From NCBI GenBank assembly GCA_030612765.1, contig JAUWNG010000001.1:11165-75164 (forward strand): a stretch of DNA of 64,000 nt, written 5' to 3'. Source of the DNA: Planctomycetota bacterium (GTDB lineage Bacteria > Planctomycetota > Planctomycetia > Pirellulales > Thermoguttaceae). A program made the position numbers and the translations under genes. The notes below the pieces were generated by a model. The model was not told the origin of the DNA. It did no database searches and saw nothing but the letters and a program-made list of their open reading frames with translations. Positions 1-12,269 of the stretch are shown piece by piece. The stretch's first letter is position 1. Each line of letters begins with the position of its first letter.

Positions 1-2
1 CC

Positions 3-182
3 AAGCTCGAAGAATTGTTGGACGGCGCTCCGTTGATCGTCGCCGACGACCCCGACGATCTCTCGGAAACATTCGTCCTGCTTCGTGAGGGCAAGAGTCT
101 GTGGACGCCGTTTCTGTTGGCGGTGTTGATCGCCTTGGTGTTCGAGACGTTTCTTTCCAACCGGTTCGGCTCGAAAACGTGA
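3..182 (+). CDS. 3' end of a gene truncated by the window edge; C-terminal membrane anchor
   Basis: Open frame from the window edge to TGA at 180-182. The tail LWTPFLLAVLIALVFETFLSNRF is a hydrophobic helix. Family not identifiable. Confidence 0.5.
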   Translation, partial: KLEELLDGAPLIVADDPDDLSETFVLLREGKSLWTPFLLAVLIALVFETFLSNRFGSKT

Positions 183-400
183 CGTTTGCGGCATAGCTGG
201 CGGGCTTGCCAAAGCGACCGCTCCCAGCAACAATAGAGGATACCGAAGGTGGGGGGGTATGGGTGTTTTGCCAAGATTAGCCGGAAAATAATCACTCTTT
301 TGGCGTAAAGCACCGACTTGACATATATCAAGTTTCCGCCTATGATTGAATGTAGATTCATTCCTTGTGGATTACGAGTTCATGTTTCAGGGGCGATCTT

Positions 401-745
401 ATGCCGCCCCTGAAAGACCGAAAGTTGGTCGAGAGGATTCTTGAGGCCCTCAAGGAATGGAATTGCGATGGATTCATTCAGTGGAAACGGCTGCCCGTCG
501 AATGGCTTCGGAAAAATCTTGAGGGTCACGATCCGAAGTCGATCGGCTCGTTGATGTATGAACATGTCGCCAATGGCGGCGAAATCGATCAGGTCGTTGA
601 GACCCGCGAAGACTATCGTAATCTATACCCGTATCACTATGATTTCCGAATCCCAATTGCCGGTCGACTGATCTACATCGAAACGCGCTTCGATGAAGAA
701 AAGATGGGACCGACCGTATATGTGGTGAACATTCACGATGCCTAG
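401..745 (+). CDS. Putative type II toxin (RelE/MqsR-fold-like), upstream partner of an MqsA-like antitoxin
   Basis: ORF 365..745 with the first ATG at 401. Its stop overlaps the start of the next gene (ATGCCTAG, 738-745). The small basic protein ends in beta-strand-like ...LIYIETRFDEEKMGPTVYVVNIHDA. Family assignment is tentative. Confidence 0.5.
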   Translation: MPPLKDRKLVERILEALKEWNCDGFIQWKRLPVEWLRKNLEGHDPKSIGSLMYEHVANGGEIDQVVETREDYRNLYPYHYDFRIPIAGRLIYIETRFDEEKMGPTVYVVNIHDA

Positions 746-1259
746 AAAAGAATACCTTTGTGCGACCGATGCGGCGGAGCCAAGCGAGAAGCCGTTCCCA
801 CGGCGTTGTCCCGAATGCGGCAAGGTTGAGGTGCGGCCGGCGACCATTGCCTATGATGCCGAAGTCAAACATGACGGCCGCCTACATGCATTCCACATCC
901 CGCGGCTTCAGATCAACAAATGCGGCGCATGCGGTGAGGTGTTGTTCAGCAACGTCAGCAACGACCAAGTAACCCAGGCGTTGCGGGAACACCTTGTGTT
1001 GCTGTCGCCGGAACAAATCCGCGATGCACTGAGCAAGCTCGGCCTTAGGCAAAAGGACTTTGCCGAGCGAATAGGAGTTGCCGCCGAAACGATTTCGCGT
1101 TGGATTGGCGGTACGCACATTCAGTCTCGCGCGATGGATAATCTAATGCGTTTGTTCTTTGAATTTGACAACGTCAGATACGCTCTCACCTCCACGGTAG
1201 CCAACAACATGTTAATCACCACAGCTTTAACCTCCAGGCGGCGGCGGAGTGGGAACTGA
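738..1259 (+). CDS. MqsA-like antitoxin (zinc ribbon plus XRE-type HTH)
   Basis: N-terminal CPECG...CGACG zinc ribbon and C-terminal HTH (LRQKDFAERIGVAAETISRWIGG). Translationally coupled to the upstream small ORF. The 3' end overlaps the convergent MoxR gene by about 30 nt. Confidence 0.65.
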   Translation: MPRKEYLCATDAAEPSEKPFPRRCPECGKVEVRPATIAYDAEVKHDGRLHAFHIPRLQINKCGACGEVLFSNVSNDQVTQALREHLVLLSPEQIRDALSKLGLRQKDFAERIGVAAETISRWIGGTHIQSRAMDNLMRLFFEFDNVRYALTSTVANNMLITTALTSRRRRSGN

Positions 1260-2327
1260 CCTCGGCGGCGGCGGTTGACGTTCCGCGCGGACCGGCTTCG
1301 ACGGAAGCGACTCGCCGTAGCTCGGCTCCGGAACGGTCTGCAGAATCTTCTCGATCACCTGGTCCACGTCGATCCCCTCGGCGTCGGCGTTGAAGTTGGT
1401 GATCAGCCGGTGGCGCAGCACGGGATAGGCCATCGTGCGGACGTCCTCGGCCGAGACGGCAAACCGGCCGTGTAGGATCGCCCTCGCTTTCGCGCCCATG
1501 ACCATGTACTGCGCGGCCCGGGGACCGGCGCCCCAGGCGAGCCAGTTTTTCACGAAATCGGGGCTGGGCGGCTCCTTCGGCCGCGTGGCCCGAGCCAGAT
1601 CGACCGCGTAATCGACCACGTGCCGGCTGGCGGGCACTTGACGCACGAGTTGCTGCGCCCGGAGCACGTCCTGGCCGTGCAACACCGGACGGACCTCCGG
1701 GCGGGAAGTCTGAGTGGTCGCCATCACGATCTCACGCTCCTCGCCGCGAGTTGGATAACCGATGTTGATCGACAGCATGAAGCGGTCCAACTGGGCCTCG
1801 GGCAGCGGGTAGGTTCCTTCCTGCTCGATCGGGTTCTGCGTGGCCATGACGAAAAACGGCGGGGCAAGTGGATAGGTGTTCCCCGCCACGGTCACTTCGT
1901 GCTCCTGCATCGCCTGCAACAACGCCGCCTGGGTCTTGGGCGGCGTTCGATTGATTTCGTCGGCCAGTACGATATTGGAAAAGACCGGTCCCCGCACGAA
2001 GCGGAACGTGCGCTGGCCGGTGGCCGGGTCCTGGTCGATAATCTCCGTGCCCGTGATGTCGCTGGGCATCAGATCGGGCGTGAACTGGATGCGCGAGAAC
2101 TTCAGGTGTAGGGCCTGGGCCAGCGTCGAAATGGCCAGCGTCTTGGCCAGACCCGGCACGCCGATCGTCAGGCAATGCCCTCGGGCGAATACGCAGATCA
2201 GCATCTGCTCGATCATCTCGTCCTGGCCGATGATGACCTTATGGACCTCGCCGACCAGTGCCTCGCGCACCTGGGCGACCCGGTGGACTGCTTCCTCGGG
2301 GCTAATCTGGGGGGTGTTCGCCGACAT
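1227..2327 (-). CDS. MoxR-family AAA+ ATPase
   Basis: Walker A GVPGLAKT and LADEINRTPPKTQAALLQAMQE. An AGGAGG Shine-Dalgarno precedes the ATG at 2327. Pro-rich C-terminal tail. Confidence 0.9.
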   Translation of the reverse strand: MSANTPQISPEEAVHRVAQVREALVGEVHKVIIGQDEMIEQMLICVFARGHCLTIGVPGLAKTLAISTLAQALHLKFSRIQFTPDLMPSDITGTEIIDQDPATGQRTFRFVRGPVFSNIVLADEINRTPPKTQAALLQAMQEHEVTVAGNTYPLAPPFFVMATQNPIEQEGTYPLPEAQLDRFMLSINIGYPTRGEEREIVMATTQTSRPEVRPVLHGQDVLRAQQLVRQVPASRHVVDYAVDLARATRPKEPPSPDFVKNWLAWGAGPRAAQYMVMGAKARAILHGRFAVSAEDVRTMAYPVLRHRLITNFNADAEGIDVDQVIEKILQTVPEPSYGESLPSKPVRAERQPPPPRSVPTPPPPGG

Positions 2328-2429
2328 GCAAGCTCCTCCTGCCTGATGCTTCCATCCACGATGATTACCATATACATTAGTTGATAGGGGAGGCTCGATC
2401 AATGGTGTCGGTCCGCAATCATTCTTCAG

Positions 2430-2506
2430 CCGTAGGCCGGGTCATGACCCGGCAGGTTCGGGGAATAATTGCGACGAATGACTGCCGGGTTGCAACCCGG
2501 CCTACT
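2430..2506. repeat. Family F GTAGG-headed REP doublet
   Basis: CCGTAGGCCGGGTCATGACCCGGCAGG...CTGCCGGGTTGCAACCCGGCCTAC. Confidence 0.9.
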
Positions 2507-2524
2507 GCTTCAGACGTTTTGAAC

Positions 2525-2552
2525 GCAAGCCGCCGTGCCAGCGGCCGCTAAA
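2525..2552. repeat. Family D half element
   Basis: GCAAGCCGCCGTGCCAGCGGCCGCTAAAC. Confidence 0.8.
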
Positions 2553-2557
2553 CGGAT

Positions 2558-4903
<2,346 letters not shown>

Positions 4904-5049
4904 AGAAGTCGGCGCGGCGGGGGCCCCAAAAACCCAGCTTCCCCCGCCACGCCGCGACCAACGCTCCTCCCCCAAACGCTGATGTATTAGAACTATAGGA
5001 TGTGTACAAGGCAGAGCAAAAATATCCCTGACGTTTGCCGGTCGGAAAG

Positions 5050-5100
5050 CCCACGGGTCGCAGTCCGTAGGACAGGTTGCCAACCTGTCCCACCCGTGGG
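5050..5100. repeat. Family F-like nested hairpin
   Basis: CCCACGGGT...CCGTAGGACAGGTTGCCAACCTGTCC...ACCCGTGGG. Confidence 0.8.
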
Positions 5101-5212
5101 TTTGAGAGCCTAATCGAGTGGCCAATTCGCCACACGCGGCGCGGTTTGGCAACGTTGGCGGGAACTGCAACGTCGCGGCGTTGCAGTTTTACAACGGCAC
5201 CCGGTCGCATAG

Positions 5213-5340
5213 CAGCCCGTTGAAAAAGTTGGATTTGGGAGTTTGGGTGCCACTGCTGGCTTGTCCAGCAGTGTTTTCCCGGAAGTTTCCCCCATGCACT
5301 GCTGGGCAAGCCGGCAGTGGCACCCTTTTTCAACGGACTG
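5213..5340. repeat. Family A copy A2 (full, intergenic, centre inverted relative to A3/A7)
   Basis: CAGCCCGTTGAAAAAG...GGTGCCACTGCTGGCTTGTCCAGCAGTG...CACTGCTGGGCAAGCCGGCAGTGGCACCCTTTTTCAACGGACTG. Confidence 0.95.
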
Positions 5341-5347
5341 GTGGAGT

Positions 5348-6265
5348 TTAGCCGACCCAATCCAGCCCAAAATCCAAAGCGACGGCCGAGTGGGTCAAGG
5401 CGCCGACGCTGATCCGCTCGACGCCGCTTTCGGCAATCGCGCGGATCGCGTCCAGGTTGACGCCGCCGGAGGCCTCCAGTTCGACCGCCGGATTCACTGC
5501 GTCCCGCCGCGCCACGGCCGCCCGCAATTGGGACGGAGTCATGTTGTCCAACAGCACGATATCGGGCCGGGCTGTCAGCACCGCGTCGAGTTGCTCGAGC
5601 GAATCCACCTCGACCTCGATCGGCATTGCCGTGTCGGCGGCATTTTTTTGTACGAATTGCCGCGCCCGCTCGACCGCCTCGGCGGGCGTAAATCGCCGCT
5701 CGCCCAGCGCGAGGTGGTTGTCCTTAATCAGCACCGCCTCGTCCAGTCCGCCGCGATGGTTCAGTCCGCCGCCGCAACGGACCGCGTACTTCTCCAACCG
5801 TCGCCAGCCGGGCGTTGTCTTTCGGGTGTCGTAGACGCGGGCCTTCGTGCCGGCGACCGCTTCGACGTACCGGCGGGTCAGCGTGGCGATACCCGACAGC
5901 CGCCCCAGCAGGTTCAACAGCACCCGTTCGGCGGCCAACATGCCTCGTGCCGGCCCTGCGATCGCGCCAACACACTCGCCCGGAGAGACCAGAGAGCCGT
6001 CCTCGGTTTGCGGCGTCCATTTCAGGCGCGGATCGAAGGCGGCCAGCGTCTGCTCGGCCGCGGGGAGTCCGGCGACCACTCCCGGCCGCCGCGCCGCGAC
6101 GTTCGCCCGCCCCACGGCGTCTTCCGGGGCCAAGGCGTTGCTGGTCCAATCGCCCGAGTCGCCGAGGTCCTCGGCGACGGCCAATCGCAGAATCGCCTCC
6201 CACTCCCGGCGTAACCGATCGTCCCAGGCAACTTGGTGGAACTGCTTGACCATATTTGATAGCAT
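5348..6265 (-). CDS. nadC: Nicotinate-nucleotide pyrophosphorylase (quinolinate phosphoribosyltransferase)
   Basis: Typical NadC sequence throughout (LLNLLGRLSGIATLTRRYV, VYDTRKTTPGWRRLEKYAVRCGGGLNHR, LLDNM). Start set at MLSNMVKQF (ATG 6265). The upstream in-frame extension only reads through repeat E6. Confidence 0.9.
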   Translation of the reverse strand: MLSNMVKQFHQVAWDDRLRREWEAILRLAVAEDLGDSGDWTSNALAPEDAVGRANVAARRPGVVAGLPAAEQTLAAFDPRLKWTPQTEDGSLVSPGECVGAIAGPARGMLAAERVLLNLLGRLSGIATLTRRYVEAVAGTKARVYDTRKTTPGWRRLEKYAVRCGGGLNHRGGLDEAVLIKDNHLALGERRFTPAEAVERARQFVQKNAADTAMPIEVEVDSLEQLDAVLTARPDIVLLDNMTPSQLRAAVARRDAVNPAVELEASGGVNLDAIRAIAESGVERISVGALTHSAVALDFGLDWVG

Positions 6266-6269
6266 ATCA

Positions 6270-6296
6270 GTTAGTCCCCCGTGAACACACGGGGGG
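6270..6296. repeat. Family E half element
   Basis: GTTAGTCCCCCGTGAACACACGGGGGG, in the nadC/comEA divergent gap. Confidence 0.7.
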
Positions 6297-6308
6297 CGGG
6301 GGTGGAAA

Positions 6309-6737
6309 TTGAGACCAATGCGACAACAGCCGACAAAAGTCCCCATACCCGACCCTTCGCGTCATCCTCGCTGGCTGCTGCGTCGGGCCGATCAGACCGC
6401 CGTGGCGGCACTGGTCGTCCTCGCGCTGGCGGCGACGATCGGCTGGTGGGTCTCGCAAGGCGGATGGCGGGGCCGGCTGATCGAGATCGACCGGGCCGAG
6501 CCGCTCGTGGCCCGGTTCGAGGTGGATATCAACTCGGCCGACTGGCCGGAGCTGATTCAATTGCCAGGCATCGGCGAGACGCTGGCGCAGCGAATTGTCG
6601 CCTCGCGCCGGTCGGACGGGCCATTCGCCGATAACGACGACTTGCGGCGGGTGCGCGGGATCGGCCCGAAAACACTCGAACGGATTCGCCCCTATCTACG
6701 GCCCATGCCCGGCGCCGGAAACGTAGCCGGTAAGTGA
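6309..6737 (+). CDS. comEA: ComEA-like helix-hairpin-helix DNA-binding protein
   Basis: N-terminal TM segment, then INSADWPELIQLPGIGETLAQRIV...LRRVRGIGPKTLERIRPYL (two HhH motifs). Start uncertain (TTG 6309 or ATG 6318). Confidence 0.8.
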   Translation: MRPMRQQPTKVPIPDPSRHPRWLLRRADQTAVAALVVLALAATIGWWVSQGGWRGRLIEIDRAEPLVARFEVDINSADWPELIQLPGIGETLAQRIVASRRSDGPFADNDDLRRVRGIGPKTLERIRPYLRPMPGAGNVAGK

Positions 6738-6840
6738 CCCCGGCCGGCTTGCTACGCGGGGTAAAGTCGTGCCGGCTTGACCTCGTGAAAATGCCGCACA
6801 ATTCCCAAAGTGTCATTCCTTTATTCTGACTTGCGGCAAT

Positions 6841-7239
6841 TCAGAGCAGCGTGCGGAACCCCATTTGCTCAAAGTGGTGGTCCGATGTAAGGACATCGGT
6901 CAACCCGTGTTCCTGCATTACCACGCACGAGATACAGTCCGTCAGAGACCACTCCTTGTCGGCCCGCCGTGCGAACAGATCGAAGCCTCGATCGAAAAGT
7001 TCCTGACTGGCGGGCACTATCGTGATCTGGGGATCGTTCCGGAGCGCAGCGATGAATTCAACTACCGTGGATCGGAAGGCCGGCCGGCAAAGGGCGTCCG
7101 CTACCTCGGTGAGCACCCAGGTGGTCGTCAATAATTGGTCGTTGAAATCGGGGGTAAGCGCGACCGAGCGCCCGTGCAACTCATCGCGGACGTTCAACAG
7201 CGCCAGGTAGTAAACCGTGTCGGCAAATACTTCCTTCAC
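6841..7239 (-). CDS. vapC: PIN-domain toxin VapC
   Basis: 132 aa, FADTVYYLALLN... near the N-terminus and ...LTDCISCVVMQEHGLTDVLTSDHHFEQ (PIN acidic residues). Overlaps the upstream antitoxin stop by 4 nt. Confidence 0.85.
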   Translation of the reverse strand: MKEVFADTVYYLALLNVRDELHGRSVALTPDFNDQLLTTTWVLTEVADALCRPAFRSTVVEFIAALRNDPQITIVPASQELFDRGFDLFARRADKEWSLTDCISCVVMQEHGLTDVLTSDHHFEQMGFRTLL

Positions 7240-7466
7240 TTCTTTGGCGCTCCATGCAGGTAGTGATCGTGATTGCGAGCCAGATCGGATGGCAGCCCTT
7301 CGAGTTTCCCGGCAAACTTCATCAATCGCGCCCCCAATGTGGACTCCTGCGTCTCAGGCTGCACCACGGCCACTTGCACTTGCACTTGCACTTCGGCGCC
7401 TTCTGGAAGGCTAGGCGTCTCATCCAGCACTACAATGCCGTTTTTTACATGACCACGATAAACCAT
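7236..7466 (-). CDS. VapB-type antitoxin (AbrB/SpoVT-like small protein)
   Basis: MVYRGHVKNGIVVLDE...; strong SD (TAAGGAGGT) before ATG 7466; 4-nt overlap with vapC. Confidence 0.7.
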   Translation of the reverse strand: MVYRGHVKNGIVVLDETPSLPEGAEVQVQVQVAVVQPETQESTLGARLMKFAGKLEGLPSDLARNHDHYLHGAPKK

Positions 7467-7482
7467 AAGAACCTCCTTACGG

Positions 7483-7515
7483 GGGGAGATTTGGGAGATT
7501 TGGGGAGATTTGGGG
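7483..7515 (-). promoter_or_regulatory. Three direct 9-10-nt repeats (CCAAATCTCC) immediately upstream of the vapB SD; candidate operator
   Basis: The plus strand reads GGGGAGATTTGGGAGATTTGGGGAGATTTGGGG, 17 nt upstream of the vapB start. Confidence 0.3.
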
Positions 7516-7516
7516 T

Positions 7517-7567
7517 CAGAGCGCATTTAGTCATTAGTGGAGCTCGCCTAATGACTAAGTGCGTCTG
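7517..7567. repeat. Palindrome
   Basis: CAGAGCGCATTTAGTCATTA-GTGGAGCTCGCC-TAATGACTAAGTGCGTCTG. Confidence 0.85.
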
Positions 7568-7588
7568 ACTCCCCTTCGGTGCAATACG

Positions 7589-7620
7589 CACAAATTCGAC
7601 AATTATTTTTTCCTAGATCC
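7589..7620 (-). repeat. Family I dispersed repeat
   Basis: The reverse complement GGATCTAGGAAAAAATAATTGTCGAATTTGTG matches 60486-60516. Confidence 0.85.
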
Positions 7621-8165
7621 TAGCCGCCGAACACCTGCGAGATCGGCAAACGGAAGCCCGGAAGCAATTCCTCGCAGACGAGAGCATCCTTGGCGGACAG
7701 AAAGAGGGCCTGCGGTTGGTGGGAATAAACGGTCGCCGTCTTCGTTGCGGGGTCAACGACCCATACGCCAACGCAGCCGGATTGGAGCCAATCCCGAGCC
7801 TTCGCAATGACGTCGCTGGCGCGATCCGACGGAGAAATCACTTCCACGGCCAGGTCGGGAGCGCCCTGGAAAAACGCCCGCTCGCCGCCGGGCGGGATGC
7901 GCTCGGCGCGCACAAACGCAATATCCGGACTGCGAACGGTATCCGGTTCGTTCGACACGCAAAATCCCGCCTCCACCGCCACCATGCCGAGTTTCCCGGC
8001 CCGGACAAATTCCCGCAAAGCCGCGGCAATATTCAGCACGATACACCCATGATCGAACCCCGGCGGCGACATCGGTATAAGTTCTCCCTCAACCAATTCA
8101 AAATGCTCTTGGCCCGGCATTTCAAATAGCTGCTGTGCGGTCATGATTTGTGCGACTGTCGCCAT
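7620..8165 (-). CDS. Uma2-family (DUF820) endonuclease
   Basis: 181 aa with FELVEGELIPMSPPGFDHG...PDIAF...PDLAVEVISPSD, the characteristic Uma2/PD-(D/E)xK pattern. Confidence 0.75.
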   Translation of the reverse strand: MATVAQIMTAQQLFEMPGQEHFELVEGELIPMSPPGFDHGCIVLNIAAALREFVRAGKLGMVAVEAGFCVSNEPDTVRSPDIAFVRAERIPPGGERAFFQGAPDLAVEVISPSDRASDVIAKARDWLQSGCVGVWVVDPATKTATVYSHQPQALFLSAKDALVCEELLPGFRLPISQVFGG

Positions 8166-8316
8166 ATTTATAGTGTAGATGTTTGAAACTGCCGCGTCAA
8201 TGGTGAGCAGGTGGAACGTGAGGGATGGAATTGCCGTTCAATCGGGCGCGGGGTACAATGGCCTCGGACCCCACGGACAAGCCGGAAAACCGGTTCTATT
8301 GACAGTCCGCTCGACC

Positions 8317-10380
8317 ATGTTCCAACTCGTAGCACCATTTCAGCCCGCCGGAGATCAACCGCAGGCCATCAAGGCCCTGACCGACGGGCTGCGCGAGGGG
8401 AAAAAACACCAGGGGCTGATGGGCGTGACCGGCTCGGGCAAGACCTTCACCATGGCCAACGTGATCCAGGCGGCCGAGCGGCCCGTGCTGGTGATGTCGC
8501 ACAACAAAACGCTGGCCGCACAGTTGTATTCCGAGTTCAAGGAGTTCTTTCCGCACAACGCCGTCCACTACTTCGTCAGCTATTACGACTATTACCAGCC
8601 CGAGGCCTACATCCCGCAGCGCGACATCTATATCGAGAAGGACGCCTCGATCAACCAGCAGATCGAGCGGCTTCGGCTGGCCGCCACCTGCGCGTTGGTC
8701 AGCCGCCGCGACGTGATTATCGTCGCCAGCGTCTCTTGCATCTACGGCCTCGGTTCGCCGGAGGACTATCGGGCGATGATGGTCGGACTGGAGGTCGGCC
8801 AGACGGTAGACCGCGACGAGGTGCTGGCCAAGCTGGTGGATATTCAATACGAGCGGAACGACATCGAGTTTCAGCCGGGCAAGTTCCGCGTCCGCGGCGA
8901 TTGCGTGGAGATTTGGCCGGCCTACGAAGAGACCGCCTTTCGAGTGGAGTTCTGGGGCGACGAAGTCGAGCAGCTTTCGGTCATCAATCCCACCAGCGGC
9001 GAGGTGATCGAACGGTCCGAACGGCTGTTCGTCTATCCGTCGAAGCATTTTGTGCTGCCCGAGGAGCGGATCGCCGGCGCGGTGGCCGAGATCAAGCAGG
9101 AGTTGAAAGATCGGCTCGAGCAGTTCAAGGACCAGGGCAAAATGATCGAGGCCCATCGGCTCAGCGCGCGGACCCGCTACGACATCGAGATGCTCCAGGA
9201 GATGGGCTATTGTCCGGGCGTCGAGAACTACAGCCGGCCGTTGAGCGGTCGGCCGTCCGGCTCGCCCCCCGACACGCTGTTCAGCTTCTTTCCCGACGAT
9301 TTTCTGCTCTTCGTCGACGAATCGCACGTCACCGCGCCGCAAGTACGCGGCATGTACGCCGGCGACCACAACCGCAAAGTGACGCTGGTCGAGCATGGCT
9401 TCCGTCTGCCGAGCGCGTTGGACAACCGGCCGCTACGGTTCGATGAATGGGAAGGAAAGATCGACCAGGCGATTTTCGTCTCCGCCACCCCCGGCCCATA
9501 CGAGTTGGCGAAGACCGGCGGGCAATTCGTCGAGCAGGTGATCCGGCCGACCGGACTGTTGGACCCGGAGATCGAAGTGGCCCCGGCGCGCTCGCAGGTG
9601 CCGCACCTGCTTCAACATATACGCGAGCGGGCGGCCGTCGGCGAACGGGTGCTGGTCACCACGCTAACCAAGCGTTTGGCCGAAGACCTGGCCGCTTACT
9701 TCGGCAAGCAGGACGTCCGCTGCAAGTGGCTGCACAGCGATCTGGACGCCTTCGAGCGAGTCGAGCTGCTGCGAGACCTGCGCCTGGGTGAGTTCGACGT
9801 GTTGGTGGGCGTGAACCTGTTGCGCGAGGGGCTGGACTTGCCGGAGGTCTCGTTGGTGGCCATCCTCGACGCCGACAAGGAGGGCTTTCTGCGGAGCGAG
9901 ACCTCGCTGATGCAGACGATCGGCCGCTCGGCCCGAAACGTCAACGCCAAGGTTTTCCTCTACGCCGACAAGGTTACCAACTCGATGCAGCGTGCGATCG
10001 AGGAGACCCGTCGCCGCCGTCGGATGCAGGAGCAGTACAACGCGGCCCACGGGATCACGCCGGAGACGATCCGCAAGAGCATCCGAGTGGGCATCGAGTC
10101 GGAGGCGGCCGCCCACGCCCGATCGAACGCCGCGGTGGGCCGGGGCGACGAGACGCAATACATCACCGAGGAGTTTTTGGCCGAGTTGGAGGGCGAGATG
10201 CTCGCCGCCGCGGAGGAATTGGAGTTCGAGCGCGCCGCCGCACTGCGCGACCGCATCGACCAGATGCGCGAGCAGTTGGGCAAACCGTTGGCCGAGGCCG
10301 AAATCCATCACGCCACCCGCGCCCAACGCCGCCGTCAGCATCAACAGAAACGGATGGGCGGCGGGAAAAAGACAAAGTGA
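8317..10380 (+). CDS. uvrB: Excinuclease ABC subunit B
   Basis: [26 protein letters not shown], full helicase motifs, C-terminal UVR domain ([15 protein letters not shown]). ATG at 8317. Confidence 0.95.
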   Translation: MFQLVAPFQPAGDQPQAIKALTDGLREGKKHQGLMGVTGSGKTFTMANVIQAAERPVLVMSHNKTLAAQLYSEFKEFFPHNAVHYFVSYYDYYQPEAYIPQRDIYIEKDASINQQIERLRLAATCALVSRRDVIIVASVSCIYGLGSPEDYRAMMVGLEVGQTVDRDEVLAKLVDIQYERNDIEFQPGKFRVRGDCVEIWPAYEETAFRVEFWGDEVEQLSVINPTSGEVIERSERLFVYPSKHFVLPEERIAGAVAEIKQELKDRLEQFKDQGKMIEAHRLSARTRYDIEMLQEMGYCPGVENYSRPLSGRPSGSPPDTLFSFFPDDFLLFVDESHVTAPQVRGMYAGDHNRKVTLVEHGFRLPSALDNRPLRFDEWEGKIDQAIFVSATPGPYELAKTGGQFVEQVIRPTGLLDPEIEVAPARSQVPHLLQHIRERAAVGERVLVTTLTKRLAEDLAAYFGKQDVRCKWLHSDLDAFERVELLRDLRLGEFDVLVGVNLLREGLDLPEVSLVAILDADKEGFLRSETSLMQTIGRSARNVNAKVFLYADKVTNSMQRAIEETRRRRRMQEQYNAAHGITPETIRKSIRVGIESEAAAHARSNAAVGRGDETQYITEEFLAELEGEMLAAAEELEFERAAALRDRIDQMREQLGKPLAEAEIHHATRAQRRRQHQQKRMGGGKKTK

Positions 10381-10455
10381 TTGTAGGTCAGGATGCAACC
10401 TTATCCTCGCCCGCATTTTTCGATTGCGATACCTTGGAAACCGCGAAGATTTCGA

Positions 10456-10506
10456 CCCGTAGGGACGGTCGAACCGTGATGATCCATTTTCGGTCGTCCC
10501 TACGGG
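10456..10506. repeat. Family F-like palindrome
   Basis: CCCGTAGGGACGGTCGAACCG...CGGTCGTCCCTACGGG. Confidence 0.85.
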
Positions 10507-10711
10507 ACTAATGGGAAATATGCGGGGCACACTGTCGCCCCAGCAGTACACTGCTGGGCTATTATCGGAACGTCCCTCCGGGACAAATCGGGATACTCGC
10601 TTGGCAACGAATAGATAAGTTCCTCGTGATGTGCCATACTCAACTTCGATCCACATTCCGATGCAACATCAAGCAAGCCCCAAGCACTGGCAAAGCCGGC
10701 GGCACACCACC

Positions 10712-10873
10712 TCAGTTCGTTTCGTCAGTGCCACTGGCCTGACTGATGTATCGGCAATCAATCGCCGTATCGAGCCATGCACGAACTTCAGCCGCTTCCG
10801 CATCGGCGTCAGACAGCTTGTTGATAAACGAGGCTGGATAGAGCCGTTTTCTCCGCGCTTCGGCGGTATTCGC
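10712..10873 (-). pseudogene. Possible remnant of a four-helix-bundle (23S rRNA IVS-type) protein gene, C-terminal part only
   Basis: The minus-strand frame reads ...RLYPASFINKLSDADAEAAEVRAWLDTAIDCRYISQ...*. This resembles the C-terminal helices of that family. There is no start codon or N-terminal half. Confidence 0.3.
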
Positions 10874-10887
10874 TCCAACGGATCGCG

Positions 10888-12168
<1,281 letters not shown>

Positions 12169-12177
12169 ACGTCGCAC

Positions 12178-12243
12178 GTTTAGCAGCCGCCGGCACGGCG
12201 GCTTGCGTTGGAACACGGGCCGCCGTGCCGGCGGCCGCTAAAC
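12178..12243. repeat. Family D element (between convergent genes)
   Basis: GTTTAGCAGCCGCCGGCACGGCGGCTTGCGTTGGAACACGGGCCGCCGTGCCGGCGGCCGCTAAAC. Confidence 0.95.
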
Positions 12244-12269
12244 GGACGTCGCATTGTCATTCCAAAACA

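Noticed and set aside
5310-5340. Sigma-54 promoter-like TGGCAC-N5-TTCA inside every family A element (for example CAGTGGCACCCTTTTTCAACGG)
   Set aside because: The -12 element is TTCA rather than TTGC. The motif is an intrinsic part of the hairpin and arm and occurs inside coding regions in both orientations. The resemblance is probably fortuitous. It would need RpoN ChIP or start-site data to revive.
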